This document shows positions 30,803 to 43,800 of a stretch of DNA of 64,000 nucleotides, in pieces. Both the position numbers and the translations under genes were made by a program. This DNA is from Myxococcales bacterium (GTDB lineage: Bacteria; Myxococcota_A; UBA9042; JABWCM01; BTVJ01): NCBI GenBank assembly GCA_045863395.1, contig BTVJ01000030.1, positions 1-64,000 of the forward strand, in the 5' to 3' direction. How positions within the stretch are numbered: the stretch's first letter is position 1; every line of letters begins with the position of its first letter. The notes below the pieces were generated by a model, which made no database searches, was not told the origin of the DNA, and saw only the letters and a list, made by a program, of their open reading frames with translations.

Positions 30803-31294
30803 ATGGCGCGCGTGGCGATCTACCCCGGGTCCTTCGACCCCGTCACCCACGGCCACCTCAACATCATCCACCGCGCGCTGCAGGTCTTCGACCGCCTGAT
30901 CGTCGGCGTCCTCGACAACGCCTCCAAGTCGGCGCTGTTCACGGTCGCCGAGCGCATCGCGCAGATAGGCGGCGCCCTCGAACACGACCCCCGGGTGCAG
31001 GCGGTCCACTTCGGCGGCCTGCTCGTCGACTTCGCCCGCGCCCACGGCGCCACGGTGGTCGTGCGCGGCCTGCGGGCGGTCAGCGACTTCGACTACGAGT
31101 TCCAGATGGCGCACATGAACCGGCGCCTGGCCCCCGAGATCGAGACCATGTTCATGATGACGGGTGAGGAGTTCTTCTACGTGTCGTCGCGCCTGGTGAA
31201 GGAGGTCGCCTTCCTGGGCGGGGACGTCACCGGGCTCGTGCCCGAGAACGTCGTCGCCGCCCTCGCTACCCGCTACCCGCAGAATCCCCGCTGA
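30803..31294 (+). CDS. coaD: Phosphopantetheine adenylyltransferase; forms the C-terminal half of the RsmD-CoaD ORF but retains its own RBS and ATG
   Basis: [30 protein letters not shown] and [10 protein letters not shown] motifs; AGGAG precedes ATG 30803. Confidence 0.95.
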   Translation: MARVAIYPGSFDPVTHGHLNIIHRALQVFDRLIVGVLDNASKSALFTVAERIAQIGGALEHDPRVQAVHFGGLLVDFARAHGATVVVRGLRAVSDFDYEFQMAHMNRRLAPEIETMFMMTGEEFFYVSSRLVKEVAFLGGDVTGLVPENVVAALATRYPQNPR

Positions 31295-31306
31295 CCTGGA
31301 GGCACC

Positions 31307-32500
31307 ATGAACCTGTCCAAGCGAGTCGCCACGGTCCAACCGTCCGCCACACTGGCCATCACCGCCCGCGCCAACGAGCTCAAGGCGCAGGGGGTGGACA
31401 TCGTGTCCTTCGGCGCTGGCGAGCCAGACTTCGCGACCCCCAGCCACATCTGCGAGGCCGCCAAGCGCGCCATCGACGACGGCTTCACGCGCTACACCGC
31501 CGTCCCGGGGATGCCCCAGCTCCGAAGCGCCCTCTCCGAGTTCCTGCGGGAGCGGTACGCCCTCGACTACTCGCCGGCGGAGCTGGTCGTCACCCCGGGC
31601 GGCAAGTTCGGCCTGTACGCTCTCTTCCAGTGTCTGCTCGACCCCGGTGACGAGGTGATCATCCCGGCGCCCTACTGGGTGAGCTACCCCGAGCAGGTGG
31701 TCCTCTCCGAGGGGGTGCCCGTCATCGTGCACGCGGGGGCCGACCAGGGCTTCCGAGTGACGCCCGAGCAGATCGACGCGGCCGTCACGCCCCGCACCAA
31801 GGTCCTGATCATCAACAGCCCGTCCAACCCGACGGGCGCGGCGTACACGCCGGACCAGCTCCGCGCCATCGGCCAGGTGGCCATCGAGCGGGACCTGTTC
31901 GTGATCTCCGACGAGATCTACTCGGAGCTCCTCTATGACGGCTTCCCCTTCGCGAGCTTCCCGACCCTCGATCCGCGGCTCCGGGAGCGCACGGCGGTCT
32001 CCAGCGGCTGGAGCAAGTCCTACTCGATGACCGGCTGGCGCATGGGCTGGGTGGCGGCGCCCAAGGCCCTGATCTCTGCCGTGTCCAACCTCCAGGGGCA
32101 GAGCACGTCCAACCCGGTGTCCTTCTGCCAGGTGGCGGCCATCGAGGCCGTCCGGGGCAGCCACGCGTACCTCGGTGAGTGGCTCGCGGCCTTCGACCGC
32201 CGCCGCCGGTATCTGGTCGACGCACTCAACGCCATGGAGGGGGTGTCGTGCGTGCGGCCGGAGGGAGCCTTCTACGTGTTCCCCGACATGCGTGGCGTGC
32301 TGCACCGCGTGTGGAACGGGGCGCCGCTGGGCACGTGCATGCGCCTCGCCCAGTACCTGCTGGAAGAGGCACGGGTCGCCGTGGTGCCCGGCGAGCCCTT
32401 CGGGGCGCCGGGCTTCGTGCGGCTGAGCTACGCGACTGGCGACGAGGTCATCCGGGCCGGCGCCGAGCGCATCGCGGAGGCGCTCGGGCGCCTCGGCTAG
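31307..32500 (+). CDS. aspC: PLP-dependent class I aminotransferase (aspartate aminotransferase-like)
   Basis: GEPDFATP, NSPSNPTG, SDEIY and SKSYSMTGWRMG motifs. Confidence 0.9.
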   Translation: MNLSKRVATVQPSATLAITARANELKAQGVDIVSFGAGEPDFATPSHICEAAKRAIDDGFTRYTAVPGMPQLRSALSEFLRERYALDYSPAELVVTPGGKFGLYALFQCLLDPGDEVIIPAPYWVSYPEQVVLSEGVPVIVHAGADQGFRVTPEQIDAAVTPRTKVLIINSPSNPTGAAYTPDQLRAIGQVAIERDLFVISDEIYSELLYDGFPFASFPTLDPRLRERTAVSSGWSKSYSMTGWRMGWVAAPKALISAVSNLQGQSTSNPVSFCQVAAIEAVRGSHAYLGEWLAAFDRRRRYLVDALNAMEGVSCVRPEGAFYVFPDMRGVLHRVWNGAPLGTCMRLAQYLLEEARVAVVPGEPFGAPGFVRLSYATGDEVIRAGAERIAEALGRLG

Positions 32501-32502
32501 TC

Positions 32503-32528
32503 GGTGGCGGGTCGCAGGGCCCGCCACC
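32503..32528 (+). terminator. GC-rich stem-loop after aspC, without a U-tract
   Basis: 9-bp stem GGTGGCGGG / CCCGCCACC. Confidence 0.4.
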
Positions 32529-32544
32529 ACGCAAGGGCGGAGCC

Positions 32545-36206
<3,662 letters not shown>

Positions 36207-36210
<4 letters not shown>

Positions 36211-37853
36211 TGCGACGAGGCGTGCAGGCGCGGGTCGGTGGCGTGGTGTTGGCCCTCTGCCTTGGAGGGTGTGGCGGGGACGGGTCGGTGGGGCGGGACG
36301 CCGGGGTGGCGGACGCGGGGGGGGGCGACGCGAAGGATACCGTCGCGAATACGGTGCTGGACGCGACGGTGCCCGGAGACGTCGGCGAACGCGCGGATGG
36401 CGCGGTTGCGGGGCCCGACGGAGGGGGGGGCGGGAGCGCGGACGTCGTGGCGGACACGGCCGATGTGCCGAGCCTCTCGGATGCGGCGGTGGTTGACGGG
36501 GGCGCAGCCGATGCCGGCGACGGCGCGGACCATGGAGACTCTGGAGATTCGGCCGACGGCGAGAACCCTGGCGACGGCGCGGACGCCGAGCCATGGGAGC
36601 CGGACCCCACCGCGGGCCACCTGGACACGGGCCCCCTCGGCGAGGCGGTGTGCGTCTCGGTGACCGGGGGCAGCGGGGCGAAGCTGGCGACCGGCATCGC
36701 GCGTCTGAAAGAGGCGGGCGTGCGCACGGTGCGGTCCATCCTCACCTGGTCGAGCTTCGAGCCCTCGAAGGGGAGCTTCTCGCCGGCGGCGCTCGAGTCC
36801 CACGTCACGCCCTACACGGACGCGGGAATCGACGTCATCGGGGTCCTGGCCTTTGGGAACCCTTGGGCGTGCAGCGACCCGGCCGCGGACTCCTACTACC
36901 CGCCGGACGACCCGGCGGACTTCGCCAACTACGTGACCGCCGCCATCACGCACCTGGGCCCGCTGGTCACCCGCTACGAGGTCTGGAACGAGCAGAACGC
37001 CGGCTACCGCTTCTGGAAGCCGGCGACGAAGGGGGATCCCGCGGCCTACGGCACCCTGCTCAAGGCGGCCGTCGCGGCGGGCAGGGCCGCGTGCCCCACC
37101 TGCCAGTTCGCCTATGGCGGGCCGTTCTTCCACTCGATGATCATCGATGGCCACATCCCGTTCCTGCAGCAGACCTACGCCGCGCACCCGGACTTGTCGG
37201 CGCACTTCGACGCCATGGCCATGCACCCGTACCCCTTCTACCCGCCGCAGGCCGCCCCGGAGGGCCCCCCCGAGCCCTTCGAGTGGCCGTTCTGGACCAT
37301 GGTCGACGCCGTGCGCCAGGTCATGGCGGACCACGACGCGGGCGACCGCCCCATCTGGGTCACCGAGGTGGGTTGGCCGGTGTTCTGGTCCGTCACGGAG
37401 GAGCTCCAGGCAGCCTACCTTGTGCGCGGCTTCCTGCACCTGGTCGCCCTCGATGCGGTCCCCGTGTGCTGGTACACCCTGTTCGACAAGGAGACGACCA
37501 GCGTCTTCCCCGCCGAGGACTTCTTCGGGCTCCTGACCTCGGGCGTGGAGACGGGCACCCCGGAGCCAAAGCCGGTGTTTCACGCGCTGGCGCAGTTGGG
37601 AGGGAGGTTTGGAGAGTATCGCCTGGTCCGCGACCTGCACGCCGCGAAGCTCGTGCCCCCCGGGGCGTGGGGGTTCGAGCTGTCGGGGCCAAACGGAGAC
37701 CGGTGGTGGGCAGTCTGGGCGCACCCGGGGACGGAGGTCGTCACGCTGCCGGGACCGCCGCTCCAGGTGCTGGACCAGCTTGGTGGGGAGCTCGCGATTG
37801 TGGGGGTGGAGCAGCCCGTGACGGCGCTGCCGGTGTTCGTGCAGGTGGAGTAA
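36207..37853 (+). CDS. Clan GH-A glycoside hydrolase lipoprotein (GH39/GH5-like)
   Basis: LGGC lipobox, Asp/Gly linker, YEVWNEQN (acid/base), AMHPY and PIWVTEVGWP (nucleophile). Confidence 0.82.
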
Positions 37854-37960
37854 GGGCGCGTGCGGAAGTGACCTGATCCACCGAGGGGGCCGATGCGCCC
37901 CGCTGGCGGTTCGGCGAAGCCGCCGGCAGGGTGGTGCCCTTCCACTCGGGCGACACACGA

Positions 37961-39655
37961 TCAAAATCGGTAATAGTAACAGCGGTCATGACAGGCTCCA
38001 TCCGCGCAAATCGAGGGCGGTACGCAGTCAGCGGATGACAGGCACGTCTCTCCCTCCTTGCTGAGGGCTCCACATCCAACCTCGCCTCTCCCGCAGAGTA
38101 GTGGTTCCGCGCAGTCGCCGTGCGACGCGCAGCGTTCACCAGAAGAAGCGGGTGGGTGGCACAGAGGGGGTACGAAGCCCTCATTGCATCGCAGACCACT
38201 CTCGCAGTCGGTTGACTCGCCGCAGGGTTGCCCCGCTTGTCGCAGAGCCTGGCATGTGCTCCCCTCCGTCGAACTGCAAAACAGTCCGGACTCGCAGTGC
38301 GCCAAGGTCGAACACGAATCACCCAAAGAACCTTGAACCTGACATGATCCCGCACGGCACACGAACGAAGCCTCGCAGTCTTCATCTCGCCAGCAGGACA
38401 TTCCGGGTTGGCGAGTACCTGCATTCGGCAGGCATCGAGGGCGAATGCAGGGTACCGGCCGAGATACCGAAGTGTAATAACCGTCCCCTAACGGAACACA
38501 CTCGTCGAAATACCTCCACTCACAGGAGTGCTCCCAGCAGCCCCCTTCGGTCCAGCCAATGAAGTTGCCGCAGGACGCCCCGGGGCCACACTGATAATCC
38601 GTGACGCATGCCTCGCCGAACGGGTTCTGGCACGTCCCCCCACTGCAGACTAGACTCTTCGGCATGCAGTCCTGATGCTCTGAGCATGGTGCGCCAAGGT
38701 CTCCACTGGATGGTGTGCAGAAACCCGGGTATCCCGCGCAGACTGTCCCGCGTATGCATGCATCAGGGTGGAGGCATGACTCCTGGGCCAACCTGCCCGG
38801 CTGACAGATCCCCTTGAAGCACACGTCATTCGGAAGGCACTCCTCGGTCGCAGCGCATGGACACGCGGTTGGAACGGGAGTTCCGCAGTAGCCCAATTCG
38901 CTCGGATGCGGCTCCTTGGAGAATTGCACGATACAGACCAGGCCCGCTTCGCAGTCCGCCGAAGCCGCACAGCTCTCGTTCAGTCCTCTGGATCCCTCGA
39001 CAGGGGCACATGCCTCCACGTATTTCAAGAAGTCAGGGAAGTGCGTCGTGCAGTGCAATGGCTTGACGTGGGGAGCGCACCACATGCAGGGTTCATTCTC
39101 GCAGCCCACGTCCCACTCCGTGTACGAGTCGTAGCAGAGCCAATCGTCTACGGTGTTCCAGAACGTCATCCGTCGGGAAGGGCCACCAAGGAGCACCTGG
39201 CAGCGCCCGGCGCCGCAGTCGTCGTCCGACGAGCAAGATGCGTAGATCGGAATGTAGTTCTGCGCCAGGTCGGGCTCCCGGGGCCCAGGGCACAGCGTTG
39301 CGGTGATCACCACCTCGACGCCGCACTCTGCTGTGCCAGGCCGAGCGTCACAATCTGGTGACGTGCACGCGGCCACGAAGTGAAGGGCAATCGATAGTGA
39401 CGCCAGCGCGGCGAAGCCGTAGAATCCTGCAGTCGAACCTCGCCAGGCGAACACAGGTCGACCTGGCCGTAGACAGTACCCGGCGACTTGCGCTCGTCTC
39501 CTTGGCGACACTGGCACGGATACCGCGAGAGCGGGGTCCAGCGGAAGGCGCCGCGTGGAGCCGTCCCTCGCGCCGGCAGTCTCAGGTCCGATCTCAGCGG
39601 CGGCCCCGGCCGTCAGTTCGATGCGCGTGGTGAACCCGTCGTTCATCGAGGCCAA
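37961..39655 (-). CDS. Cys-rich repeat (CxxxxDC, Dickkopf-N-like) lipoprotein with atypical codon usage; start uncertain
   Basis: Repeated GxxCxxxxDCxxGLxC; a VAAC lipobox about 95 aa into the ORF; visibly more A/T-rich than the flanks. Confidence 0.7.
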   Translation of the reverse strand: MASMNDGFTTRIELTAGAAAEIGPETAGARDGSTRRLPLDPALAVSVPVSPRRRAQVAGYCLRPGRPVFAWRGSTAGFYGFAALASLSIALHFVAACTSPDCDARPGTAECGVEVVITATLCPGPREPDLAQNYIPIYASCSSDDDCGAGRCQVLLGGPSRRMTFWNTVDDWLCYDSYTEWDVGCENEPCMWCAPHVKPLHCTTHFPDFLKYVEACAPVEGSRGLNESCAASADCEAGLVCIVQFSKEPHPSELGYCGTPVPTACPCAATEECLPNDVCFKGICQPGRLAQESCLHPDACIRGTVCAGYPGFCTPSSGDLGAPCSEHQDCMPKSLVCSGGTCQNPFGEACVTDYQCGPGASCGNFIGWTEGGCWEHSCEWRYFDECVPLGDGYYTSVSRPVPCIRPRCLPNAGTRQPGMSCWRDEDCEASFVCRAGSCQVQGSLGDSCSTLAHCESGLFCSSTEGSTCQALRQAGQPCGESTDCESGLRCNEGFVPPLCHPPASSGERCASHGDCAEPLLCGRGEVGCGALSKEGETCLSSADCVPPSICADGACHDRCYYYRF

Positions 39656-39924
39656 TCTACCGCGCGTCGCACGCAGCGTACAGTTGAAACGACCGAACCG
39701 ACGTGGCGGGCTTTGGGGGCGTCCAGCGAAGACGCCGCTTCCTCACCTCTCCGCGGGCGGTCCCGTGACCGGAACTGCATTGTGACGGGCCCGGGGGGGC
39801 CAGGGTGGAGCCCGGTAGGGAAGCGACCGTGGGGCCGGGTGGTTACCGACCGACCAGGCGTTGACCCCGGGCACGCTTCGGGCGTAGGTTGAGGTCAGGT
39901 CGAGCCTTCCCGAGGAGAGTTCAG

Positions 39925-40845
39925 ATGCAGCGAAGCACACCGCTCTGGCTCGGTGCCCTCTGCTCAGTCGGGGTACTCGCGATGCCGTCTGTCACGCGTG
40001 CGTCGTGCCAGGCACTGACTCCCGCGGAACCGCTGACCGTCATTCCCGCGGACGGGGAGACCGGAGTCCCCACGGACGCCCACCTCTGGGTGCTCGCCGG
40101 CTTCGGCGTCGACGCGGAGCTGACGCTCGAGGGAGGTGTGACGGGGACGCTCGTCACGGGGGCAGGGCCCTGGAAGGAGTACGCGCTCGCCGGGGTGGGC
40201 CCCGGGGACACGGTGACGTGGCGGGTTGCCCTCGGGCAGTCGGGCGACCAGATGGCCACCTTCGGGCCATTCACCTTCCAGGTCGGCGAGGCGGCGGCGG
40301 CGGCCGTCGTGACGCCCGCGCTCGAGCATCTGGAGGTCGTGCCGGGCGCGTCGCTGACCGGTTCGTGTGAAGGGCTCCTCTCCCTCCAGGAGTGCTTCGA
40401 TACGGGTCAGGACACCCTCGTGCGGGTGCACGTGGCGTCCCAGGCCGGGGCGGTGCTCTACCGGACCTGCCAGGAGTCGACGGGGAGCACCGGGGGCTGC
40501 GGGATCGCCTTTTCGGTTCCCGCCTCCTGTCCGCCCGCCGCCTACGTACACTCGATCACGGCGGCCGGGAGTCCGGCAGCTTGCTTCCGAGTCCAGGCGA
40601 TCGGAGCCTCGGGGGCGGTCTCGGGCACGCTCGTCGCGTGTACGGACGGCACCGTCTCGACGCCCGGCGGGGATGGCGCCGGCGGAGGCGACGGGGGCGG
40701 CATGGGAGCGGACGCCGGAGCTGGGGCCGGAGGCTCCGGTGGCTGCGGCACGTCCTCGGGACGCCCTGAGACATCGGCGCTCGTCGCGCTCCTCCTGGTT
40801 GCCGCGGGGCTCGTGTGGTACCGAAAATGGGCAGGTTCGGTGTGA
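39925..40845 (+). CDS. Secreted protein with a MYXO-CTERM-like sorting tail
   Basis: Signal peptide; Ig-like PADGETGVPTDA start; C-terminal GSGGCGT, TM helix and basic tail. Confidence 0.72.
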   Translation: MQRSTPLWLGALCSVGVLAMPSVTRASCQALTPAEPLTVIPADGETGVPTDAHLWVLAGFGVDAELTLEGGVTGTLVTGAGPWKEYALAGVGPGDTVTWRVALGQSGDQMATFGPFTFQVGEAAAAAVVTPALEHLEVVPGASLTGSCEGLLSLQECFDTGQDTLVRVHVASQAGAVLYRTCQESTGSTGGCGIAFSVPASCPPAAYVHSITAAGSPAACFRVQAIGASGAVSGTLVACTDGTVSTPGGDGAGGGDGGGMGADAGAGAGGSGGCGTSSGRPETSALVALLLVAAGLVWYRKWAGSV

Positions 40846-40876
40846 GTCGCCGCGATGGCGGAGGTCCCCAAGCGGG

Positions 40877-43800
40877 CTAGAGAGGGTCGTAGCACCCGAT
40901 GCTGACAGTCGCCGACGGGGTCGCCCCGGGCGCCTCCGGCGTGTTCGCCTCCAGGACGATGCACCACTCTTGGTTGGGCCCGGTGGCGGTGAAGTGGAGT
41001 GGCTTGCCGGGCGTGGACTTGGTGGTGTGGGTGCAGTGGAAGGCGTTGCAGCTTCCGCCCACCTTGGCCCACGCGAAGAGGATCATGGCCTTCTCGGACG
41101 CCGTGTCTCCCAGCCACACCGAGTACTTGCCCGCGGACGGTGCGAAGAAGGTGAAGCGGCGCTCGTTGCCCAGGGGCGCGTTGCCGCAGGTGTCGCCGTA
41201 GTTGCCGAGCTGGTCCGGCTGCCACCCCGCGGAGCCGCAGGTGATGGCGGTGCTGCAGGTGAGGGTCTCGTTGGTCGAGCAGGTCTTCGACGTCGGACAG
41301 CGGGTGGAGTAATAGACCGTGCCGGCGGTTGCCACCGTGTCCAAGGTCACGAGCTGGTGAATCCACGGCTCGGATCCCGTCAGCTTGGACACCTTCTGAC
41401 ACGTGCCGCCGACGAGCGGCTTCACGCATTGGGACGGCACCGCCCCGTCGCTGCCCATGTCTCCGACAACGAAGGCCGTGCCCGTCGCCCCAGCGGCATA
41501 GTCCACGCAGACCTCCTGATCCAAGGCTGGCAGACAGACCAGGGTCTCGCCGCCCGGGTAGGAGCCGCCGGTGCAGCCTCCGCCGTAGCTCAGGATCTTG
41601 CCGACCGTGTTGGGCGCGCCCGCAACGCCAAACGGGCAGGGCTTGGCCGAGTGCGCCGGCTGGCAGCACCAGGACTGGGCGCCTGCGCACGTCCCTGCCT
41701 CAGTGCAGGAGTCGTCCACCGTGCAGGGATCGCCGTCGTCGCAGGAGCTCCCCGTTTTTGGGGTGTAGACGCAGCCGGAGGCCGGGACGCACGCATCCGA
41801 CGTGCAGAGGTTGTTGTCGTTGCACACTGGCGCGCCAGTCCCCACGCAGACCCCGTTGGAGCAGGAGTCCGACAGGGTGCAGGCGTTGCCGTCGTTGCAG
41901 GAGCCACTCACGTTTGCGTAGACGCAGCCCTGTCCCACCTTGCAGGAGTCCGAGGTGCAGACGTTGCCATCGTCGCAGTTCAAGCTCCCCGTCCCGATAC
42001 ACACACCCGATTGACACGTATCTGTTGGGGTGCACGGGTTTCCGTCCGTGCAGGGGCCTCCAGAGGCCGGGGCGTGGGCGCAGCCGCTCGCCGGGACGCA
42101 GGAGTCTGTCGTGCATGGGTCCCCGTCGTCGCAGTCGAGGGGCGTAGTCCCCACGCAGACTCCGCCGCTGCACGCATCCACGGTCGTACACTTGCTGCCG
42201 TCGTCGCAGCCCCCGGCCGCAGGCGCATTGACGCAGCCCGACGCAGGCGCGCACGAGTCTGCGGTGCACGGGTTTCCATCGTTGCAGTTGGGGGCGGCGC
42301 CCCCGACACACGCGCCCCCCTGGCACTTGTCTCCCGTCGTGCAGGCGTCGTTGTCGTTGCACGCGAGGGTGTTGGGTGGGTAGACGCATCCCACGCCGGC
42401 CTGGCACCCGTCGTTCGTACAGGGGTTGCCGTCGACGCACGCCAGCACTCCCGTCCCCACGCAGGCCCCGCCGCTGCATGTGTCCGTGGGTGTGCATGGG
42501 TCTCCGTCGTCGCAGGCCCCGCCGGTCGCCGGCGAGAAGGTGCAGCCGAAGGGCTCGGCGCAGGAGTCTGTCGTGCAGGGGTCTCCGTCCACGCAGGTCT
42601 TGGGCGTGCCTCCGCAGATTCCGCCGCTGCACGTATCGCTCACGGTGCAGGTCTTGCCGTCGTCACAGCTCGCCGTGTTCGGTGTCGCCTTGCAGCCGAC
42701 CCCGGCCTGGCACGAGTCGTCGGTGCACGGGTTGCCGTCGTTGCAGATGGTCGGCGCCGTCCCCGTGCAGACTCCTCCCGCACACTGCGACGCGCTGGTG
42801 CAGGGCTCCCCATCGTCGCAGGTCACCGCGTTGAACGTCGTGAAGCACCCACTCGCAGCATTGCAGCCATCGTCGGTGCAGGGGTTGCCGTCGTTGCAGG
42901 CCAGCGCGCTGCCCTTGCAGGCCCCGCCCGCGCACGCATCTGCCACCGTACAGGCGTCCCCGTCGTTGCAGGGCGCCACGTTGGGCGTGAACACGCACGC
43001 GACGTCCGAGCTCGGGGCGTTCGGGTTGCACGAGTCGTCCGTGCAGCCGTTGGAGTCGTTGCAGACCTTGGCCGCCCCGGGAGTGCAGGCCCCCGACTTG
43101 CAGACGTCGCCCACCGTGCAGGCGCTGCCGTCGCTGCACGCCTGGCCGTTGGGCGTGAAGACGCAGCCCACCCCCGGCTTGCAGGAGTCGTCCGTGCACG
43201 GGTTGTTGTCGTTGCACACCAGGGCGGCGCCGGCGCAGTTTCCACCCGTACACGAGTCGGGGCCCGTGCAGGAGTCTCCGTCCGAGCAGTTGGCGCCGTC
43301 GGCCAGGGAGATTGGCGGGGTGCAGCCGCCACCCGGCTCGCAGAAGCTCTGCATGCACGGGTCCGCCTGGGTGCAGTCGACGCTGGTGCCACCCACGCAC
43401 ATCGTGCCGACGCACTGGTCGCCGAAGGTGCAGGCGTCCCCGTCCTCGCAGGGGCCCACCAGCGGCGTGTGGGCGCACCCGGTCAGCTTGTCGCAGGAGT
43501 CCACGGTGCAGGAGCTGCCGTCATCGCAGAGGTCGGGGGCGCCCGAGCAGACTCCTGCCTTGCAGACGTCTCCGCTCGTGCAGGCGTCGCCGTCGCTGCA
43601 TTGCAGGGTGTTGTTCTGGTAGAGACACCCGGTGGCGGCCGCGCAGGAGTCCGTGGTGCAGGGGTTGCCGTCGTTGCACACCACGGGCGTGCCTGCGCAC
43701 TGGCCCTGGACGTTGCACGCGTCCGTCGCGGTGCAGGCGTTGCCATCGTCGCAGGGGCCGCTCAGCACCGTGTGGGTGCAGCCGCTGGCGGGGTTGCAGC

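Noticed and set aside
37881..37949. Cloverleaf-like fold as a tRNA gene
   Set aside because: There is no GTTCRA T-loop in the right position, no 7-bp acceptor stem and no 7-nt anticodon loop.
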